Source: Amoebophrya sp. A120 (taxonomy: Eukaryota > Protista > Dinoflagellata). From it: DNA of 64,000 nt. Of this stretch, positions 53,301 to 62,300 are shown in pieces. The position numbers and the translations under genes are program-made. The notes under the pieces were generated by a model. That model was not told where the DNA came from. It did not search any database and saw nothing but the letters and a program-made list of their open reading frames with translations. The stretch's first letter is position 1. Each line of letters begins with the position of its first letter. The DNA lies in NCBI GenBank assembly GCA_905178155.1, contig CAJINV010000002.1, forward strand, positions 4,543,694-4,607,693, written 5' to 3'.

Positions 53301-56300
53301 ACAATTCATGAATTAGCATCACAAATTTCATCCAGACCCACACATATTTGCAATGCATACAGAGTCCCGGTCGGCCCGCCCCGTCCTGGTACTGGTTTCC
53401 TCCCGGAGTCCGCAGTTGTATGTGGAGGTAAAGTATCAAATGCAAAAATGTCTGGGTCTGGAAGAATCCGAACTTGGGATGCTGCATTTGGATTCCAAAA
53501 AAACCTGTCTTGCAAGACCAGTATAAAGGGAATGCAATTTTGGCCACGCGAAGACGCAAATTTGTCATGCGGTATAGGTATCACGAGGCCCTCAAAAAGT
53601 CTGTGATGCTAGGGCATGCATCACAGACATCATGTTCCATGCAAAACGTGCATAACAAGTCTCAGAATCTTCCAGACCCAGACATTTTTGCATTTCATTC
53701 AAAGAAGGCTTTCGAGGCACACGTGAGCCGGAATTTGAAACGCCAATGGTCCACCGCACATCGGTATCTTGAGAAAAAAGTGTTACAGTCACACTCTCGG
53801 ATGCAAGACAAGCAAGACAGACAACCTCTGTCGTGCAGGAAATGTTTGCCAGCCTCATTTCATGGTGCAGCGTGTTTTCCCTTATAGTCTGCGCATTACA
53901 AGTTTTCTTTATCATGCAGAGCAACTTTGTGATGCTGAAATTACAACAAATGTGTAAAAACTCTAAACACTTTTTTCCTGCGATAATCGGCGGTTCTGGG
54001 GCATGCACAAAGACCTGGGCCGCAACGGGCAGCCAACCGGGGCGGAAAATAAAATTAAGGAGCGAGCGATGCGACGGGGGCTCAGACGTATGCATTGCAA
54101 ATACATCGTAGTCGTACTAATCGCATTCCTGCATTACAAATTTCTTTTTCAAGTTAAACCCCCATTACAAATTTCATTTCCCATGCTGAGGAAATTTGTC
54201 ATGCGATTTTTACTTAGTGCGATACTTTTGCAGAGCATAAGACGACAACAGCAGCAAAATCTACAAGCGACCCAGTGGATGCGCCACATGCAGGAGCAGC
54301 AACCGGCTTATGAATTGCAAAAATGTCTGGGTCTGGAAGAATGCAAGCTTTGTCATGCATATTTCTCATGGCCCATGATGCCTGTAATGCATGACTTAGC
54401 ATCGCAGACTTTTAGAGGGCTTCCTGATGCACCTTCCGCATGAGAAATGCCCTGTCGGTGTAGCACAAATTATACCCCTCTTGCTGGTCATGCAATACAA
54501 ATTTTTTTAGAGTCCAAAAACAGCATGACAAGTTGCAATCTTCCAGACCCAGACACTTTTACATTTGATACAGCTCCTTCGAATACAGTTCAAGGAGGCG
54601 GAGAAGTAGAATCAAAAAACAGCCCGTCTGCAGGAGCCACCACCTTGCTAGAGGTGGAGGAAGATGATGTGAATGCAGATGCAGATGCAGCGCACCAGGT
54701 CGCGTTGTCTATTAATGGCACTACTTCATCAATATCTCCGGCCAGAGATTCTTCTACTCCGCTTACTTCTTCTTCCCAACTGCAACTGGCAGAAAAGGGA
54801 ATCGCCGTTCCGATTAGCGGCGCAGAAAGTGCGGATCAAGACTCATCTGCGGAGATAGAGGACTTTTACCACCAGGACGAGCAGCGCGACCCGACTAGTT
54901 ATGCGAGTGTACAACTCGTCCCCCTCCCCGTCATTTGTACTATGGCATGAACAGCAATACAACCACAAGCACGCGTGGAGCTTATGCATGACAAATTTAT
55001 GTGCCTGATGTAGTATTCTTTGCACAGCTTCCGGAATAAATTTGTCATGCATAAATAGTGACGCAAGCGAGCAACTGGAATTGTGGACTTTGCATGAGAA
55101 ATGAGAAAATGAGAACGAGGGGGAGGAGTTCTTGTGCACTGTCATGCTAGTAGTTTCACTACGTCTAGTACACACATACGCGGGGAGGATCTTGAGGATT
55201 TCATATCCACAAAAAAAAAACCCTCCCCATCCATGTTCGGCATGACAAGCACTGGGTTTCATGCATGTTTTGCATGACAACATCAAATTGGATGGGGATG
55301 GGTGTTTTTTGTCTTAATATTTCACGATGGAGTTGCAGAAGACATATGAGATATGAACGGACAAAATACAATTTGACCCCAGAAAGAGCATTTAGTGCCA
55401 CGAGAATGAAACTAGCGACCTACGAGAATGAGGAAGCAAATGGGGCTCCACCCGCTTACAACTTTTCCCGCTCCGGACGGGGTAGAAGCTGCGCTTTTCA
55501 TAGGGCTTGTGCCCGTTTTTTCGCGCGCAAAGCTACTTGTTTTGCGCGCGGTTTTTCTCCGCTCGAGCGGTCGGGTGGAGAAAAACTGCATTACAAAATT
55601 GGAAAACCAGCCGGATGCAGATGCAGCTTTTCTCCCCGCAGGAGAAAAGCCGCGCCACAAATTCGCAAACTCCGCTTCCTCCGGTTGGAGAAAGTGAAAG
55701 ACCGCGCCTCCGGTTCTCCGCATTACAAATGCGGAAAGGTGGCCTTTCCGCATTACAAGTGCGGAAAGGTGCCCATAGCCATTGCATTTGTAATGCGGAG
55801 AGCCCGACCTTTCAAAGGTCGGGCTCTTCGCATTACAAATCCAATGGGCGGAAAGGTCGGGCTCTCCGCATTACAAATGCGGAGTGCGGGGCTCCCCAGA
55901 GCTCGGGGTTCGGGTTGTGGGTAAAATGGGGAGAGGGGAAAGCCCGGACCCTCGGGTTCTCCGCAACCCGGGCTCTTCTCCGCATTACAAATCCCCCCGT
56001 TCGCCAAAAGCGGCTGCCACAGCCGCTGCACACCGTCGGGCGTAACCTTTTGCGCGATGCTATCCCCAAGCAGCAATATTCGCACTCCCGATAGCATCGG
56101 GCGTGAGGTTATGCTGCATGGTATCGCTGCGTGCGAATTTTCCTCGCAGCCATACCATGCTGCATTAGGTTACGCACGACCTGTGGCTGTCTTTTTCTGC
56201 CCCCCTTGGGCGTTGTGCAGCTTCTTTTTACCCTCAAACACGACCGGACTCCGGGAAAAGTTGTGGCTTTTAGGGAGGAAGCACAACTTTTCCGCGGACC

Positions 56301-59300
56301 ACCCCAAGCCGGCCCCGCGGTGCCTCTTTTCCCGCATGAAACCACGGGGCCGCGCGGGCCCTCATGCAGTCAATGGTCCAAATTCCCGCGGCGTTCGGTG
56401 TTTCGCAAGCATACACCTTCGCAGACACGGCCGATTTTTGGCGTTTGCCGTTTTTGCGCCGGGCCCCGAGGGTCCGGTCGCTAGCAATGAGGGGCCAGCG
56501 CGCGCCTTCGTTGTGTAGCCGGCGCGCTTTTTGTAGCAGGCTGCGTGGCTTTTCGTTTTGTTTTTTCGTTTCTTTTCCTGCTGGGGCCAAAAGAAAGGGC
56601 GCGGAACGAGGGGCGCCGGTGCGCTGGCGGTGTTTCTGGGGCAGCGCCGGTAGCGATGCACCAACCAAGCGGGGGGGGGGAGGGCGCCTCTGCAAAAAGC
56701 GCGACCCGCTGGCGGCTCGATGCCGGCCATGCGCATGCCGGTGGAGAGAGTCTGACGGGCGCACGCATACCATTTGGTGGCCCACCTTGCCCGGGCGACC
56801 GTCCGACGAGGTGTGAAGGAGGCGGGGGCCCCGGCGATTCGTGGGGCAGGGCCACTGCCATGGCAGGCCCAGCGGTGCATTCGCTGTGGCGCACCTTCCT
56901 CAGACCTTCGATCGCGCGCAACCGCGGAGCCGGGGCCGAATGGTCTGAAAACCGGAAGCGGGGGCCCCGGGCCCGATGTTTTCTACATGTTTGGCCGGGC
57001 ATCTTCCGAGCCCACCGTCGTGAGCCCTGTCGGAGGGACCGGGCCGCGGCGGCATGACAGTCTGACAGGCCGTGGGAGATCGGCTTGCACCCACCCCGCC
57101 GGCCTCAACTCCCAGCGCGCGCGCGGACGTTCATTCTTGCCACAATGGGGGCGGTTGGCTTTCTGGGCGGCCCCAGATAGAACCGCCCGCCCGCGTCGAG
57201 CAGCGGCCGGCCACAGCCTGTGGCGATTGAAAAGACACCGCCCGGCGCCCGGGCCTGTTGTATTCAGCGCCCGCGCGGGCCCGCTGCCTGGTGGTCGTCA
57301 GATTGGGAGGCACACACCGGCGCCTTGTTCCTCTCGTTGCGCCAGCCCACATATGTCGTCCCCCAAGCCGCGCCCGCTTCCCTGTTTCTCCCTGCGCGGC
57401 ACTGCCCCAATGCCTCGCGCGGAGCTGCCCGCCGGGCCGGCGTGAGCCGGGTTTGCGCGATTTTTCCGCTCGGGCAAGTGGGATTCGGAACCGCGCCGGG
57501 CGGACCCGAGAAAGAGCGGCGCGAGAATGATTCTCGCAGGGCCTAGCTTTCGACGTGAAACGCCTCTCCATTCTCGCGGAAGCACTACGTTTGCGCGAGA
57601 ATGGCAGAGAATTTCATGCAGATGCGAAGCCCGCCACGAGAATCATTCTCGCGCCGCAAGTTATGGGAGCCTGCCCGCAGCAACCCGGAAGCACACGGAA
57701 AATGCCCGGGGCCTGGGGGAAAACTGCTGGCGCTTGCCAAAAATGCAGCGCGCCGACGGCAATACCGGGGCCGGCCAGAAGGCCAGAGGGAGGGCGAGAG
57801 GCTGCAGGCGCGTGGCGCCCCTCGGGCAAATTTCTGCCCAAGATCTTTCCGGCCGGGGGGCCCCAACGCTTTGCCGAAGTTCTTTTTTCTGAAAATTGTT
57901 CGGCGGGCGCCCGCTCGCAGGATGGGGCCCAGGCGCAGCGGGGCCGGGGGCAACGGCGAAAGCGGGAGGCGAGGAGGCGGGGCTGGCGGATATTGGCAAG
58001 GCCGATGCAGTGGCAGCGCAGGCACCGCCTGCCCACACGCGCGCGCCACAAGCCGTGCCGGCCGGCGGGCCCTGGACATTGTGGCTGGGCTCAGGCGGGC
58101 GCGGCCAGCCTGTTGGCCAGCGGGCAGGAGCCGAGCTATTGCATGATGTGGCCACCAATGCATCTAGTGCCGGCGGCACCGGGGCCCGGGGCCTTCGCCC
58201 TCCGTTGCATGCGCCTGCCCTTCGGTCCACAGAGAAGACAGAACCCGCCGGCCGCGCACACACAGCTTTGGGCGCGCGGCGGCAATTGTCCCGCTCCGTG
58301 CAAGCCCCACCAAGCCAAGGGCTTCGCGCAATGCGCCCAAGTCTGCCGGGGCCGGGGCAACGAGCAGGGAGCGAAAATAAAGGCAGGCGGCGCGCAAAAG
58401 CGGGCCCCGCCCGGTGATTCTATTGCAGAAAAGAAACAGGCGGGGCGCGCCCCGTATATTGCGTTGCCGGGCCCGCCTGGTGTCTGTTAGTCTTCCGCCC
58501 CGATTTGCGGGGGCGGTTGCTGGCCTTCTTTGTGTTGGCCCGCCCTGGTTTCCCGCGTTTTTTTCGCACGACATCCCCGGGTCAAATGTGCACGAGGGGG
58601 CGTTGGCCCTCAAAATAAAAGCGCCGGGCGCGCCGCGGCCTTTTGGGTAGCCTAGGTAGCGAAGAGAATGAACGGCCGACGGCCTCCCATCAATCAGAAC
58701 CCCGGCCCGGGCCCGGAGTAGATGCAGCCGGCGCGCAAAATAGAGAGGCCACTCTCATGGGCGTGCGTGCTTGCGAAACAAAGACAACCGCCACAATTTT
58801 GCGCGCGGCCCCGGCGTGTCTCGCGGGCGCCCCTTGGGGCGGGGCCGGCTTGGGGTGCGTGGTCCGCGGAAAAGTTGTGCTTCCTCCCTAAGCCACAACT
58901 TTTCCCGGAGTCCGGTCGTGTTTGAGGGTAAAAAGAAGCTGCACAACGCCCAAGGGGGGCAGAAAAAGACAGCCACAGGTCGTGCGTAACCTAATGCAGC
59001 ATGGTATGGCTGCGAGGAAAATTCGCACGCAGCGATACCATGCAGCATAACCTCACGCCCGATGCTATCGGGAGTGCGAATATTGCTGCTTGGGGATAGC
59101 ATCGCGCAAAAGGTTACGCCCGACGGTGTGCAGCGGCTGTGGCAGCCGCTTGTGGCGAACGGGGGGATTTGTAATGCGGAGAAGAGCCCGGGTTGCGGAG
59201 AACCCGAGGGTCCGGGCTTTCCCCTTTCCCCATTTTACCCACAACCCGAACCCCGAGCTCTGGGGAGCCCCGCACTCCGCATTTGTAATGCGGAGAGCCC

Positions 59301-62300
59301 GACCTTTCCGCCCATTGGATTTGTAATGCGAAGAGCCCGACCTTTGAAAGGTCGGGCTCTCCGCATTACAAATGCAATGGCTATGGGCACCTTTCCGCAC
59401 TTGTAATGCGGAAAGGTCACCTTTCCGCATTTGTAATGCGGAGAACCGGAGGTGCGGCCTTTCACTTTCTCCAACCGGAGGAAGCGGAGTTTGCGAATTT
59501 GTGGCGCGGCTTTTCTCCAGCGGGGAGAAAAGCTGCATCTGCATCCGGCTGGTTTTCCAATTTTGTAATGCAGTTTTTCTCCACCCGACCGCTCGAGCGG
59601 AGAAAAACCGCACGCAAAACAAGTAGCTTTGCGCGAAAAAACGGGCGCAAGCCCTATGAGAGCGCAGCTTCTACCCCGTCCGGAGCGGGAAAAGTTGTAA
59701 GCGGGTGGAGCCCCATTTGCTTCCTCATTCTCGTAGGTCGCTAGTTTCATTCTCGTGGCACTATATGCTCTTTCTGGGGTCAAGTTGTATTTTGTCCGTT
59801 CATAATATGAGATCCTGGATGGCAGTGCGCGGCACACCGAGGGCGGGGATTGGCTGAGTGATCGGAAATTGTATCACATCCGCAAGCGGTGGCTGCGCAG
59901 TTTGTACACCAGTCAGCAGTGCTTGGAAAACCTCCGGCAGCGAGCGATGCGCATTCACTACGAGAAGTACCACCGGCGCACCCGTCGTGTGGTAATTTGG
60001 TCCGAGCAGCTGAAGCGGCTGCGGTTGAAGTTGAAGCGGTGGGCGCTGCAGTGCAAACAAGACATTCAAAAGGAGCTCACGCCCTGGGAACGGTGGAAAC
60101 TGGAAAATCTGCCGGCGCGGCTGCAAAACTCCTGGCTTTTTAGCGGAGGCAAGCCGCACCCGATGATCGGGCAGAGCGGCGACAACCTGAACGGTATCAC
60201 GCAGGAAGAGACCATGCTGGCGTCGTTAGTTTTCGAGGATGAGGAAGAGTTGAGTATCGGCGTCAGTGGCCAAGCTGTCGGTGCGCATGGGTCTTCGAGT
60301 TCGTTTGCGCAGGCGGGCGAGGCGAGAATGAACTATGAACTGCAAAACAAAGTAACGTACTAGAAGTATAAATTGCATTACAAATTGACTCAGCATTACA
60401 CATTAAATTTGTAATGCGGATTTGCCTTAGCAAAAAGATTTGTAATGCATAAACGCAATTAGTACGAGTACGATACTTTTGCACAGGATATGAACAACGG
60501 AACAACTACGTCCTTGAACGATGAACAGATTTCATCTCCGGATCCGGAAGATGTTCTCGAACAGCCCAAGAAAAAAACACCTCGCCCGGAGCAGGTCGCT
60601 GAGGAGGAAGAAATATCAAATGCAAATATGTCTGGGTCTGGAAACTTGTGATGCTAAAAGGTGGATGCTGGAAACAGTTCCGCATGCAATTTAGCATGAC
60701 AACTTTCCAGAACGCTTTCTCATAAGCAATCCGCATGAGAAACTGCGTGTTTGCATGTACAAAAGAGGCTGCGACTTTTGTTGGTTATGCAATACAGATT
60801 TCCTAGGTATGGAAAGCTAGCATCACAAGTTCCAACCTTCCAGACCCAGACACATTTGCAATCCATAAGAAAATGAAAATACCAGCAGCGAAGACGAGCT
60901 GGAGGGCGACTTATGGAAACGTCAGGATTGAAATCGTCAAAGTTGAAATAGATTGTGATGCATAAAATGCAACCCACAAAGTGCCTGTCTTGCAGAATAG
61001 GCAAGGGAGGCAGATTGTCAGCCTGTTCAGAAGTAGAAATAGAGCTGCCAAGGTAGCATGACAAAAAACGTCTTCCTTACCCAAACAGCATGACAAACTG
61101 GATTTGAGTTCTACCCAAATTTGTCATGCGCCACTTGAAAACTAGGCACCCACTGGTATCCGTTTTATACATCACAAATTATTTGAACTTTGTCGATTTC
61201 GATCCTGACACTACCATACGACTTAGAAGACGACGGTGGGGAAACAGCGGACGCACGCAGCTGGGGCACGCAAATGTGGGAGGTATCAACTGCAAATATC
61301 GATCTGGGTCTGGACGAAAAGTGGAACGTGTATTGCTTGGCTTGCATGCCAGTGAAATCTGTATTGCATGACTAGCAAATAAAATAAGTGCGAGGACTAC
61401 TTCTTTTGTCGTGCAACGACGCAGTCTCTGATGCGCGGTACGCATGAGATAAAAGCGGTTCAAACATTTGTCATGCTTGGCTGCACGCTAGAGGATGCTC
61501 AACCATTGGCATTGCGATCCAGCATCACAAGTTTCCAGAGGACCCAGATGACATATTTGCAATGCACAAGAGGACTACGTGAGGAACCCCGTCCAGCACC
61601 GTGTGCAGCAAGCGGTGGGGGAGGTGAAGCGGTGGGTTATCAAAAGAAAATAAAATCCCCCCGTTCCATACCAAAACGAAGTCTCTGATGAAGGACTTGT
61701 GTACAACTACACCAATCAGATTTGTATTGCAGTGAAGGATTGCAGGCATATGGTAAGCCTGAGTACTAGACGAGGTCTTGACGTAGGCACCCAGCACGGC
61801 AAATGTCTACGCTGTTCTTGGCCCAGTAGCATCACAAACCGCCCGCATACTTACTTAATGCGGCGGAGCCAGCAGCGGCGTCGCCTTCTAGCAGGACAGA
61901 GACGATTTGTGGCCACTAATCAGCATTGCAAATTTTCTGAGGCGTGCCGTTCTGATATGAAAAGGGAGGACTTTCTCTTACGATATGGGTTCCCACCTGG
62001 CTATCCGGTGATCCGCTGCAAGCACTATCCTGTGCAAAAGTATCGTACTCGTATTGCAATCATGCATTAAAAAAAGTAGTGAAATAATTTAAAGATCTTT
62101 TTTCATGAAGCCCGTCACCAAAAGATAATAGAAAAATAGATTTTTTGCCTTTTTGTTAAGGTACATCAGCATTACAAATTTTATTTCTCATGGTGAGGAA
62201 ATTTGTAATGCATTTATACGAGTGCGATACTTATTTAGCAATCCATAGTCGCAGAAAGGCGACAACGCGAATACCCGGGCGCGCAAGAAGAGGAAGCGGA

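Noticed and set aside
55265-55924. ORF with PHYKCGK repeats (and its mirror 59235-59837) as a zinc-finger protein or transposase
   Set aside because: It arises from repeated CCGCATTACAAATGCGG motifs within the TIRs; no DDE or other domain is evident.
56320-58838. Transposase in the core of the large element
   Set aside because: Overlapping R/A/G/P-rich ORFs in all frames are typical of GC-rich non-coding DNA, and nothing is recognisable. An HMM search would be needed to exclude a relic.
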